A DNA stretch of 64,000 nt, taken from NCBI RefSeq assembly GCF_009914755.1, contig NC_060934.1; one strand, given 5' to 3'. The DNA comes from the human T2T-CHM13v2.0 reference genome, Homo sapiens. The position numbers and the translations under genes were made by a program. Under the pieces are notes generated by a model. The model was not told the DNA's origin and made no database searches. It saw only the letters and a list, made by a program, of their open reading frames with translations. Positions 39,399-52,767 of this stretch are shown here, piece after piece; the stretch's first letter is position 1; every line of letters begins with the position of its first letter.

Positions 39399-42300
39399 GG
39401 CAATTGCCCCTTCAGCACCTGCATCAAGGTGTGTAGCACAAGCCACATGGTAATGGACTTATTGTTGTTATTGGTCCCCTTTGATGACAGGCTTGGGCTT
39501 TGTGAGGACAGTAACTATAGTGTTTATTTCCACATCTCCATGGGCACTTAGAGCCTGCCACAGAATTTTGATTCAGGCTTCAGGACCCCAAAGTGCAAGC
39601 ACAAAAAATTCAATGGCTAGAGATGGTAAGAACTTCACTTCTGTCGACATCCTGTCTCCAACTGCCTTGGAGAAGAAAGTCCATTCCTCTATTTCATATT
39701 GCAAATCTCATGCACATATTTCTCTTTGGATGACTCTAACTCAGCACTGTACAGAGAAGGGACTCCTGGGAAATTCACACAAAATTTGGCTGCGTTTGCA
39801 ATGTAGCAACTGCATTTGCAATGTATTCAGAAAGGGTGGTAGTGATGCCATATTGACAAGAGAAGCTGCACAGCAACTGCGCATTAGTGCCACTTCTCTA
39901 AAGCTATGGCTTTGTCTCCAGATGATCTCTGTAAAAACGCACATACATCATTTGCAAGGAGAGGCGCCACAGACAAGAGACCGCTAGGGCCGTACAGATC
40001 AATAAAGCAAAACTTGCAGGTGAAACAAGCCCTTCTTAGCTGCTTTTCTGTAGGCATTTTTCTCCACTAGCAATGCCACATAGGGACATGCTAGATACAT
40101 TACGGGAGAAGCATCATATTGGATGGTGATATTTCCTCTCTGAACATTATTACTAAAAGCTGTGTGATCAGCAGATCCTACGTAAAACTATCCAAACTCT
40201 TAGACCATTGCATTTGCAGTAAAAGCAATCGTTTTTATCCTACTTCCTTCACAGAATACTATCATTTTCATAAAGAAGGAGAAAATTCTGCCTTGCTTAT
40301 GAATCTATCATTTGGATTGCTTTTTGGTTTTATGTGGATGTATTTCTTATATTTAACTTGACCAAGATGTATTGAAAATTGGGTGACTAATATGAGTAGC
40401 ATAAAACCTGAAAGTCAGGGCTAAGTTAATAACGTTCTTGGGAAAAAATATGTCCTCTGTCACACCATTGTCAGTAACCGAACTCTGGACAGAAAAACTG
40501 AACTCTTTGGAATGGATTATTATTATAAAGACCTTTGTTTTCCAGGTAGAAACTCTCTGAGCAATTCAACATTCAGGTGGGGCTGTGGACTCTAAAGAAA
40601 CCCATGAAAAGTTGGCCTATTGTATGTTCTTCACATGGAACCATAAAGAGGCTCATATAGTCTGATCAATAGAAACCTTCCCTGGAGTAGAGGTTCAGGT
40701 CAGCACAAATACCTGGGGAACACTCTGCTTGGATAGTTTTTTTTTTTTTCACTTAGCATCAGAGAGGATTATAATATCATCTCTCCTCAGGAGTAAAGGA
40801 AAGACATTTTTATCAATAGGTTTAGCAAAATAGTTCCATCCTGTGAGCCTCTGGCTTTCCCATACTGTACACATATGTGAAATCACACATAGGAACCAAA
40901 TTAGTAGAACATCGGAAGCATAGTCAGTACGGTCTAATTTGTAAAATGTCCTTTGAGCTTTGAAAGGTTGAGATGCTGAGAACCTTGTCCTGTTGTGCTA
41001 GAATTGGACAAATCAATAACCCGGTACATGTGGTACTGGATGCTGCAATACTTGCTAATACCAGAGTATTGGAGCAACCACCTATGCAGGGGTAAAGTTG
41101 GGATTTGGAGGAGCTCAGGTACAAGCATTCCAATACCCGATCATCTGATACCTGAACCAAATCTGTTCTTTAAAGGGTTTCTGAATTCAGTATCTCCTTC
41201 AAATTCCCAGCACACACAGGATTCAACCCGTTCTAGAATATAAGTAAACTATTTATGTAAATAAATGCCGGGAAAAATGGAGCTTGGGTCACTTCTTCAC
41301 ATGCTCAGCAGCTTCCCCTTGTAGCTCCTTTGCTAGATTCCACGTGGATCCCTAATTCACAGTCTGCCCTTATTGGAGAAAACCCCCTTCCCCATCCACC
41401 CTTGGGGGATGTCTTGATTTGGCAGTCACATCTCCAACAAGTTAACAAGCTCGCTTAACTTGTGGCAGAGCCAGATGGTCGATGAGAGGTGTTAGCGATT
41501 TGTGAAAGTGAATTGCTGCCTTGATTCTCCACGGATGCTTTGTCTTGACTTCCTATAGCTCACATTTCCATTCATAGGCAGGTGGCCTTCCCTGAATCAT
41601 TTGGTGATGGGTAGGTGCAAAAATCTCTCTCAGACTTGATTTGGGAAAAGCAGAAGACACTGGAATTTGGATCTTCAGGGAATGAGTGCGATCATGGAAC
41701 TCAGAGTGCTGCCCCAGGATGGTGTTCAAAGACATTCCTGCTTCTTAGACGTGTTGGCAGCTTCTACCCCAGCCTGTGCTGTACAAAGGCCATAGGGCCC
41801 TAACAATTGCTTCTTTTCTAGAAAGATTTTATGCAGTTTCAGCTTTGCTTCAAGCTGCCTTTTCTTTACTTCCTCTTGTTTCTTTCAGACAGAAGCTAGG
41901 TAGGGTTTATCTTGAAACGTTTCAAGCCTCTCCCTGCCTCCCTTTCGTGCTGCCGATGGCTGTTTGGGCACTGGGATCACTGAAGTTCTGCGTCAGCACC
42001 ATGGACAGCAGTCCCGGCCCCAGGCCGCAGGACCTGGGGAGGGGCCACATCACTAAAGGAGAATCAGCTGCCACTGGCTCCCTGGTGTTGGCACGGCTCA
42101 GGGGTGCCTGAGCTCCTTCTGCCACTCCACTGCAGACTTCTAAATGGCCTGGGTGAGGGGCTGCAGCAAGGTCCTTCTCCCTCAGCCAGTGGGAGAGCTC
42201 CTCAGAGACAGGGTGTCCACCTCACACCCTTCAACCCCCAGCACCCAGCCCTCCGTGGGGGCTCTCTGCAGTTTGTGGTCCAGGTTCTGTTCTCAGGACA

Positions 42301-42606
42301 AGCACAATCACCAACAGGCATCAGCTGCGCTGGCTCCTGGAAGTCAGCCCTGCGCCACGCCCCTGAGCAGGTAAAGGTCGGGTTTCAGGAGAATGGTGAG
42401 GAATGGGATGATGACTAGAGAGGCAGGCGAGCTGGCAGAGGATAGAGGGACAGAGAGCCAGTCAGGGCGGCTCTCACGAGCGGGACCACCTGCTCCTCCT
42501 CCTGACCATGGCTGGAGCCTGGGTCCCTGAAGTCACCAGACCTGCAGTTCTGTTGATTTTTGACACAGGATCAAAGAAGCCCATGCTCCTTCAAGTTAGT
42601 CCAGAT

Positions 42607-44541
42607 TGCATGTGTAAGAGTGTAATTGTGCCAGTGTGTATGAGTGTGAGCCTGCATGAGGTGTCTGTGTGTCATTATGTGAGTGTGAGTGTGAAGTGAG
42701 TGAGCATGTCTATGAGTGTGAGTGTGTGAGATCTCTGTGTGTGATTGTGTGAGCGTGTGTATGAGTGTGAGTATGTTTGTGTGTGATTGTGTATGCGTGT
42801 GTATGAGTGTGATTGTGAGGTGTCTGTGTGTGTGGTTGTGTGAGCATGTGAATGAGTTAGCAGGTTGGAGGTGCCTGTGTATGATTGTGTGAGCATGTGT
42901 GTGAGTGTGAGCATGTTCGAGGTGTTTGTGATTGTATAAGCATGTGTATGAGTGTGATTGTGAGGTGTCTGTGTGTGTGAGAGCATGTGTGAAGTGTCTG
43001 TGTGTGATTGTGAGTGTGTATGAGTGTGAGTGTGTGAGGTGTCTCTGTGTGATTGTTACCATGTCTATGAGTGTGAATGTGTGTGAGGTCTCTGTGTGAT
43101 AGTGTGTGTGTATGAGTGAGTGTGTGTTTGTGTGATTGTGTGAACGTGTGTATGAGTGTGATTGTTACATGTCTGTGTGAGTGTGTGAACATGTGAGGTG
43201 TCTGTGTGTGGTTGTGTGTGTGTATGAGTGTGAGCATGTGTGAGGTGCCTGTGCCATTGTGTGAGTGCAAGCATGTGTGAGGTGTTCTTGTGTGATTGTA
43301 TGAGCGTGTGTATGAGTGTGATTGTGAGGTGTCTGCATGAGTGTGAGCATGTGTGTGAGGGTGTGAGGTGTCTGTGTGTGGTTGTGAGCATGTGTATGAG
43401 TGTGAGCGTGTGTGATGTGTCTGCGTGTGATTGTGTGAGTGTGTGTGAGTCTGTGAGGTGCCTGTGTGTGATTGTGTGGGCGTATGTGTGTGTGAGGTGC
43501 CTGTGTGTATTTGTGTGGGCATGTGTATTAGGTGTATGAGTTTGGGCATATGTGACCTGTCTGTGTGTGATTGTGTGAGCATGTGTGTATGTGTGAGATG
43601 TCTGTGTGTGTGAGTGTGTGTGAGGTGTCTGTGTTTGATCTTGTGGGTGTGTGTGTGTGTGAAGTGTCTATGTGCCATTGTGTGATCATGTATGTATGAG
43701 TGTGTGTGAGGTGTCTGTGTGTGATTGAGGGAGCATGTGTGTGTGTGAGAGATGTCTGTGTGTGATCGTGGGAGCATGTATGAGATGTCTGTGTGTGACT
43801 GTGAGAGTGTGTGCATATATGAATGGGTGTGAGTGTGGTTGTGTATATGTGACTATGACTGGGTGAGTGTGTGTGAGGTATCTGTGATTGTGGGAGCGTG
43901 TATGACGTGTATGTGTGTGACTGTGAGTGTGTGCATGTGTGAATGGGTGAGTGTGGTTGTGTATAGATGAGTGTGTGTATGTGACTGGGTGTGTATGAGT
44001 TGTCTTGTGTGATTGCGGGAATGTGTGAGGTGTATTGTGTGACTGTGTGAGAGTGTGTGCATATGTGAATGGGTGTGAGTGTGGTTGTGTATATGTGAGT
44101 GTGTGAATGTGACTGTGTGACTGTGTGTGAGGTGTCTGTGTGATTGTGGAAGCATGTATGAGGTGTATGTGTGTGAAAGGTGTGCATGTGTGAGTGGGTG
44201 TGAGAGTGGTTGTATATATGTGAATGTGACTATCTGGGTCAGTGTGTGTAAGGTGTCTGTGTGATTGTGGGAGTCTGAGGTGAATGTGTGAGACTGTGAG
44301 AGTGTGTGCCTGTGTGAATGGGTGAGTGTGGTTGTGTGGGTGTGTGTTACTGTGACTGTGTGGGTGTGTGTGAGGTGTCTGTGTGATTCTGGGAGCGTGT
44401 GTGAGGTGAATGTGTGAGACTCTGTGAGAGTGTGTGCATGTGTGAATGGGTGTGAGTGTGGTTGTGTATGTGTGTTTGTGTGTGAATGTGACTGTGTGGG
44501 TGAGTGTATGTTTATGTGTATGTGGGTGAGCAGGTGCATGT
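42607..44541. repeat. 1.9-kb degenerate TG-rich array with higher-order structure
   Basis: Recurring tgtgaggtgtctgtgtgtgattgtg and gagcatgtgtatgag motifs; distal part has a ~124-bp period. Confidence 0.95.
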
Positions 44542-47500
44542 TTTACAATTTCTTTGCCTAAGTTCTCCAGGCCTTCCTCTTCGTCTGGCAGCCAGAGCTG
44601 AGACCTGCACCAGTGCTGGAGGTGAGACCCTCTCCTGCCGGCTTACACTCTTCATTCCCAGTGTCATTCTGGGTAACTCTTAGCTCAAGAACTCCCCCGT
44701 GGTATAAGGAGGCCAAATGATTTTAGTTCATTTTGTTTTATTACAGAGCAAGAATTCCAAACTTCAAAACTAAGCAGTCTCTGAAGAATGGAGATGGCAG
44801 GCGTTCTGCTCCCTTACAGCAGCTGGTAGAATCAAGACCCATGGGTCCATGGAGGAAAAGGGGAAGAGCCTCTGTCCTTTGGTAAGAAAAAGCTACCTAA
44901 TACTTATATTCACATTCAAAACAGAGAAAATGAAAACTACTTTGGCGAGAACAGGTTGTTTCTTAGTGGGGAATTCCATTCTGACTAATCCAAGTCTTTC
45001 TAACTTGTAATTCAAGCTATGGCAACATTAGGTAATCACGAATATTGAATTTTCCCCTTCTTTTCAGAATAAGTCAGATGCTTGGTAACTGTACCCACTG
45101 TAGGGAAGTGAAAATCCCCCTGCTGTTTTTTAAGATCATGGAATGCAGATCTTTCACCAGCTTGCTAAGACAATGTATGATTGATCTTCGTGTTCTCAGA
45201 ATGCAGGGACGAGCTTGTGTGTTTGAAACTACTGTACAAAAGCCGTCCATCCAATGAGTTGGACGAGCACAGCACCTCTGAGCTCACTCTTGGCAAGCTT
45301 TTGCTAATCAACCCAGGCACATAAACAAGGAACTCATTTGAGATGTTTGTAGACCTGTAGGGAAGACAAGCTACCTATGGAAATTTGGATTATTAGGTTA
45401 TCTTAAATGCAAGTTGTCAGTTTAAAGGAAGGAATGGTTACTTTTGACAACGAATTCTGAGAAGGCTGGAGTGGGTGAGCCTCGAGCTGGGATTATTATA
45501 ATGGGAGGAAAGCACATCAGATTATTTCACAAAGAAACCTCCGCTTAATGAGGCAGCCTTTCAGAGGGGTAAGAAGCCTCCCTCCCACCCCACATTATAA
45601 ATGTGTGGCAGCACTCAGAAGCCTGCAAATTAGAAACATGAGCATTGCCTAATGCTGCTGAATTTTGCCATAAATACACAGGCTTTACCTATTCAGGAGA
45701 AATATTGGGGGGTATATCTGCAGCCATTCAGTTTACTCATCTCTTAAAATCCTTGGGATGTGCAGTCAGCCATATGGCAAATCGTCCTTTCATGGCATCA
45801 TAAAGACATGTAGTTGTCTCCCAAGATGAAACTGATCACAAAGAGGCAAACATTTGTATCAGACAGGATCCCAGAATGAAAGACACACTGAACTGGGATA
45901 TTGCAGAAATTTAATGAATCAACTTTTTGGAGGGGTAAAGGCAAGGTTAAGGGCAGCAGACTGGCAAATATAGGAACGCATCAGTCCTTCCAGGCCTGAA
46001 GAGGAGTGGAAAAGAATGCTGTCATTTACTAGAAATGGGAGAAAACTGGAGCTGTAGGAGAGAGAGCCTGGCATGGGGGCACAGCATGCCAGAGCCATGG
46101 TGCCCACGTGAGACAGTGGGGAGGGGCATGAAATTTTCTCCTACTGTTGTTCTGTGCCCCTTTAGCATTCCTGCTGGCCAGATCCAGTCATAAGCAGAAG
46201 GCAGGGGAGCCCTGGGTGCAGCCCAGGTGAAGCAGTCTCTCGCTCCTGCCAAGCACCAAGCAAAGCAAAAACTCAAACAGGTCCAGGTGGCAGGGCACAG
46301 AGAACAGCCAGCACAGTTCTCCCCCTCAAGAACTTTCCACAATATCTTCCAAGTTCTGAAGCCAACATCCCGGGAGAAAGCTGGTTCTGGGCTGAACAGT
46401 ACTTCAAGGAGGAGATGCTCCTCCAGGCAGGAGGACCCATTGAGAGTGGCATCTGGGGCACCTGGCTTTTTAGAAGCCTTCTTCCTTCTAGAAAGACTTC
46501 AGCATGCTTCATCTCTTTCTCAGGGATGTTGAGAAAAAAGACTAGGGCTGCTGGGCTGCTCCACAACTCCCCCGGTACTGTGTGGGGTCTACAGACCCCA
46601 GGCCCAGCTCTGCTGGAAGGGCCTGGGAGGCAAACATGATGAGCCCACCACACCCAGAGAGACACCAGGGAGGCAGACAGACAGGGAGACACCAAAAAGT
46701 GAGCAGCCCCTCACCAGCTGTGAGTGCCCTGAGATGGAGGTGCAGGTGGGATGAGGAGGAAGAGAGGGAGTGACAGAGAGAGAGATCCGGGATGGCTGGA
46801 GGAGGAGGCCCTGTTTACTCCCCTAGGCACCCCAAGATGAGGATTTGGTCTTGTCACTTCTCCCCAGGACCCCTGATCCCGGGGTTTCCTCTCACACTCC
46901 CATCATCGCCGTCTCCTCTGTGTGCTGTGCTTATCAGCCCTGTGGGCTCCATGGACATCTCATGTGCCTGGGAGGCTGCTCTCCTTGTCCTGTGGATCCA
47001 GTTCTTGGCAGCCCCACTCTCAAGAGCACAGGAGTCCTGAGAGCCTCCTTCTGCCCATCCAGATGCCCACACACCTGACCAGGAGTGCACTGCTTGTTCT
47101 GACATAAAAAATGTGAGTTTTCTTCAGTTGTCTCTCGATGTTGTCTTATTTAATAAAGAAACAGCCTTCAGCCATGCCAGGCAGCCATGGACTGGAAGCT
47201 TCTGCAGCTTGCTCGGGTAGAGCTGTTCCTCCTGGAGCCCTAACAAAGCCCTCCGTTCCCCTTATGAACCCCCTGCCACGGCCATCTTCAGCTCCCCTTG
47301 GGGACTGTTCCAGAGAACAAATCTAAGGACAGAGGCTGAACCTCCCTGGAGCAAGCCTGGCTCTACGGGTGGCTGACTCCCTTAGAGGAGCCGTGCTCCG
47401 AGTTTTCAGAAGGAAACTGCATGTCTTTAATACAAACACAGGTGTGTCTGTAATGTTTCTAAATGGAAAAGGAGTGTTTGCCCTCAGGCATCCTTGATGG

Positions 47501-48000
47501 GACAATGGACAGCAGCCTCGGTGAAGGTGTGGCTGGGACTCCCAGGGTGTCTGCTCCCTCTGTGTATGGGCTGGGCTCCCTAATCCCTGCAAGGAGTCCC
47601 AAAGCCATGGAGTAGAGAGCCTTTGCAGCTGCCCTAGAGCCTGAGAGGCCACACTGTCCCAGCCTGACACCAGGACCTGCTGAGCCATCCCCTGCAATGC
47701 ACAGGCCAGAGAGCCCCTGGCAGCATGGACTCATGCACACTGCTTGGGCCGGGGAACGAACGCCAGCCTGACTGGTGTGTGACTCCCGGCAGCTCCAGCA
47801 GGTGCGGGTAGCCAGCCTTGCCCAAGGGACACAGTCACTTCCTGCCCCTCCCTGGAAGCAGAGACGCCACAGACCAACTCCCTGCATTGATGCTGGCCGA
47901 GCACGGCATGACAGCCTGTGCCTTCTTCCTGCCATAGCTGGTGTGAGGAGCTGATGGGCTGCAGTGGACAGCCCCATGCCGGGAACCTGGCCTGGAGCAG

Positions 48001-48570
48001 GGCTCTGTCATGAGCACCTCCTCCTGTGGCTCTGTCATGAGCACCTCCTCCTCTTGTGGCTTCGTCGCTGTTCCAGGTGGGGCGGGACCAGGTCTCCGTC
48101 ATGAGCACCTCCCCGTCCTGTGGCTTCGTCGCTGTTCCAGGTGGGGTGGGACCAGATCTCCGTCCTGAGCACCTGCTCCTCCTGTGGCTCCATCATGAGC
48201 ACCTTCTTCTCCTTCTCCTGTGGCTCCGTCATGAGCACCTCCTCCTCCTTCTCCTGTGGCTCCGTCATGAGCACCTCCTCCTCCTTCTCCTGTGGCTCCG
48301 TCATGAGCACCTCCTCCTCCTTCTCCTGTGGCTCCGTCATGAGCACCTCCTCCTCCTCCTCCTGTGGCTCCGTCATGAGCACCTCCTCCTCCTCCTCCTG
48401 TGGCTCCATCATGAGCACCTCCTCCTCCTTCTCCTGTGGCTCTGTCATGAGCACCTCCTTCTCCTTCTCCTGTGGCTCTGTCATAAGCACCTGCTCCTCC
48501 TTTGGCTCTGTCATGAGCACCTCCTTCTCCTCCTCTTCCTGTGGCTTCATTGCTGTTCCAGGTGGGGCGG
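48001..48570. repeat. GC-rich VNTR, 14 units, mostly 36 bp, with 27/30-bp and 64-bp variants
   Basis: Core gtcatgagcacctcctcctccttctcctgtggct; anchors at 48008, 48035, 48099, 48163, 48193, then every 36 bp to 48481, and 48511. Confidence 0.96.
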
Positions 48571-51500
48571 ATGAGCTCCTTGCCACATGCTCCAGTGAGA
48601 CCCGGGATGCTGTGCTGGAAAGCCTCAGGGAGAGTGGGAGCCTGGGCTCTGCACCCCACAGGGCCAGCCCAAAGTCTCAACGTGGCCTCAGCCCTGGAAG
48701 GAGGTCTGGGAGAGTAAGAGCAGACCCCGTCAGAAATCCCATACACACAGCTGACCCCAGTCCAGGGGGTGCTGGGGTGGGGCTATTCTAATTCAGCTGT
48801 AACATTTTATAAAATATCAGGTGCAGGGACTCATTCCTGAAATTGGATATGGGAGTTTTGAGCAACTATTTGGTAGCTAACAACCACAGTGTCCCCAGCT
48901 TCCAGCACTCAGTAATGAGTTGGATCTGGGGACAGTATGGCGGAGGGCCCATTCACCAAGTCCATGGTGGTGCTGCGATTTCCAGACTGGGTGATTCCTA
49001 CAGGCAGGGAAGGTGCAGATGGTTCTTCTTCCTTGGGCATGGTGCCAGATGAGATCGTTGCTAAGGATTCTTCCGGTTTTAAGAGCTGATCACGGAAGAG
49101 ATGAGAGGGAAGGAGGCAGGACAGATGAACCAGGGAGAAGCATGGCTGTCACTGCTTGTGGGTTGCTTAAGATCTGCAAGGCCTGTTCCTGCTGTGATCT
49201 TCCCAAAGCTTCACGAGGGAGATAGGAAGAACGCCTGCTGCACATCCCATAGCTTAGACGAAAGCTCTGCGGCTCTGAGAGGCTCCCTGACCTGCCCGTT
49301 CTCACAGCTCAAAGAGAACAGAGGGCAGATCTCTAGTTTCTGAGCACTGCGGTCTTTCACCAATCCAAAGGGGGACTCTGGAAAGGAAGGGACTCTTATC
49401 GGACTTTGCAGATGGCACAGGCAGGCATGGCCCCTGCAGGGATGTGGGCAGTGGAGGGGATGGGGTCTCTGCCTGAAGAACTTGACATAACACCTAACAC
49501 CACCAACACCTAACACATAACACCTAACATCACCGGGACTGTTCATCTCTCCCTGAAGGCCAGACTAGGACACATGCATAGCGGAAAACTGTTTAAAATA
49601 CAGACTTTAAATATATAGGAGTCGTTGTGTTTTCTATAGTCAATCTGTAACTAAGGTTTTCAAGGCAGAAAAATAATGCTTCTGCTATCACCACGATTTA
49701 ATTTTACTTGCGGCACATTCGTGATTCCCAGGCATCTTTATAGTGTTACTTTGACAAGTTTACATTCATTTTTATAGCTCTCTGTGTGAAACTGCTTTGA
49801 AGAGGCAAAGCACCATATAGGGTCTAAGTATTATTACTTTTTTTTTCCTCTGGGAAGGAAACTTTTAATATGCTTCTTTGGAGTTCAGAAGCCAGGAAAG
49901 GCCCCCAGTGGGTGAGGGTCCCTCATTGGCATCAGACACCCCATTTAACACGAAAGTGGAGGAGGCAGCAGCGGATGGACTTGGGCAGTCTGGATGCATC
50001 TCAGCCTCCTGGAAGAGTCCTCCAGACCCCATCCCTGTGCCCAGATCCTGCTCCATGCTGCCACTCCACCTGCCAGCCCTTGCTCTCAATCTGGGGTCCA
50101 GATGTCTCCTGTGCTCGCATCTCGTCCTTGACCCTCTGGCTCTTCTGACACTCTCACTTCCAGACTTAGCCGACCCTCCGCTGCTGTCAACACTCTTGTT
50201 CTAGAACACACAGGACGCTAAATGTGAAGCAATTGGCAGGGTGCTTCTCCTGGGCTTGGAAACCCGGGAAGTAAACATCTACCTTCAGATCACAAGAGAT
50301 GTCAGCTCTGGAGTGAAGCTTTTGGAAGACTCACATCAAGCCCAAATACCAAAGCCAGGGCAACACAAACTTCTGTCTAAAGTCATTAGTTTTGACTGAA
50401 TTAACCCAGAACAAACTGGCAAGGAGAGAGAACGCAGTCGGCTTCCTGAGTGTGGAGTCAGCACTCATGCACAGCCATGTCACAGTGGCTGCTGCCTTGC
50501 CGTGTGGGTTATTCAGGGTGGCAGGTCCCTTCGCAGCACGAGTGTCAGCACAGAGTAGGCCTGATGCGGCACGGGGCTGCCTGGGGGGAGATTATTCCCA
50601 TTTAGTCTTGCCATTTTCTAAAGCAAGGGCACAGTTATTCATTTCTGAAATTTAATGAAAGATGCGGGGCCTTTGAATAATTATTTGGTAACAAACAAGA
50701 GTGTTAAATGTTTCTGGCACCAGGGACTTGATTTGTTGGCAGATATGGGGCATGGGCCATGTGGCCAGTCCCCGCCTGCTCTGAGACTGGGAGGCTGTGG
50801 ACCAGTGAAGCCCAAGAGAGAAGCATGAAGCTGGAGGAGAAAACAAGGCAGGAGAAAGGCCCTGGGTTCAGGTGAGCGTGGATGCGGAGGGCTCCCTGGG
50901 AGACCAGGGAGGTGTTGGGTTATGAGCCTGCAGCTTCCATTGTGTCCAGGAGTTCGAATGGGGCTTGGATATCCTGAGCTGGGAAGCAAGGGATACCCCA
51001 GCTCTCCTTGGAGTGCAAGCAAAGCCCAGAGCAGAGAGAAAGTCAGAAGAAGGCCTGCTTCAGGAGTGGATGGCAGGAGAACCATGGGGCAGAACCTGAC
51101 ATCCAGAAATGCACCATCTGCACGCAAGGGGGGCTCCGTATAGACCATGGGTGCTCACCAGGGTGGGCCCTGCACAACTCAGGGTGGCAGGAGACACTTT
51201 CGCCAGGGACCCAGTCTCAGATCTAAGCGGTATTGCCATGTGAGCCCCTGACCCTTGGGACCCACCCAGCTTTGTCTCTGCACATGTGCACATTTTCTCT
51301 GTGCTGAGGCTGTCCTCACAGAGACTGTGCAGGGCTTCCACCAGCAGCAATGGTGCTTCTGTTTCTCCTCCTGAGAGCAGAGCTGGGCCCCAGCCCCAAT
51401 GGCACTGGCTCTCCACATTGGAGCATCAGTGGAAGGGTGCGTCCTCTCCTCTGCCCTGGGTGGTTCAATGCAGAAGTGCTCAGCACACCCCTCTCTGTCC

Positions 51501-51897
51501 TCATCTGCTGAGGACACAGACACTGAAGCAGGGAATCCAAAGTTTCTGTGGGGACAATGCCACTGGAGGGCCCCTGAATGACTTGGCTGTCACCCATAAA
51601 ACTGTGATTTGAGCAGGAAATAAATCTCCATGGCGTGGAGTTGCTAGGGTTTGGGGAATGTTTGTCACTACACTCAGCCTATCTGCCAGGTGCATGAGGG
51701 CATGAATGAACATTGGAACACAGCTGCCAAAGAAACTCCAGTTCCTGAACAAAGGGGCCTCGACCTGGAGGGACTCTGCTCTTCTTCACTCCTCCTGGAG
51801 CCATGGCTTCCCTGGAGTCTGGCCTGCTTAAGGACAGACGTTGAAGGTTTATATCATGTGCAACAAATGTTCAGCAAGAGGGGTGGAGTCTTTGTCA

Positions 51898-52301
51898 TGT
51901 CAGAAGGGGCAGAGCCAGACACTGATGAATGGCGGGAAAGACAGACTTTACACAGGATGATTCCAGCAAGAGAGAGAGGCTAGACTCCAACCATGGCAGG
52001 GGCAGCTGGAATGTGCGGCCAAGAAGCAGTGGGTGGTCACCAGATGGAAACCACTCAGAGGAGACAGTGGGGAAGGGGTTCTTGCTAAACCGGTCTGACA
52101 GGGCTCCTGCTAAGGAGGCATGGGCTAGGGGTGAGGAATTTGATCAGATATGGAGAGTGGGGGATTCCTAGGAAACTGATGTCACCTGATTCTTGCTAAA
52201 ATTGCGCTGGACAGCCAAGGACAGGGCCCGAGGCTGAGGCCTGGTCTAAAGGAAGGCTCCGAGGATCCTGGGTAGAGTTTGCTCAGACAGAGTCTCTGTC
52301 A
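51898..52301 (-). mobile_element. ERV1 solo LTR (MER31/MER67-like)
   Basis: gggttcttgctaaac...gatcagatatggagagtgggggattc...attcttgctaaaa...ccaaggacagggcccgaggctgaggcctggtc...agagtctctgtca. Confidence 0.75.
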
Positions 52302-52767
52302 TGAAGAAGCCAAAACAGAGGCCCTGGCCAGGAGACACAATTCTCTCCAGCCCAGAACCACTTCAGAGCACTTGCCAAACAAGATCTAAGATTTGTAGCA
52401 GCAAGCTCTTCGGCAGGCTGACAAATACTTACCCGTGAAACAGATCACTGTTTGCATGCGGAGCGCCGCCCTCTGGGGATGCAGCTCCTAGTTGTGGTTC
52501 CTCATTTGTTATGTGATTGAAATATGAAAATCATTTTCTCTGGCTACATAGCTTCAATATATTGATATTAACTATAAAAACAAATTCCGTCCGCAGGCCA
52601 AATCAGCAGATGGGTTTCAAACATTTTAGGAATATAAAGAGGTCACTTGGCATGCGGTAACTCAGATAAGCACTGAGCCCAGTGCATAGCAGGAGGCCCA
52701 GGGAGTGGCCTCATTCCTTTCCCCCCACCTCCTGCTGTGTCCTTGTCATTTCTGTACATAATAAAAT

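Noticed and set aside
42571-44539. Long His/Thr-rich ORFs (up to 319 aa)
   Set aside because: They are translations of a stop-poor CA-rich low-complexity strand
48035-48791. Glu-rich or Ser/Cys-rich repeat protein gene
   Set aside because: Several frames on both strands are open because of repeat composition, 64-bp units switch frames, and there is no exon context
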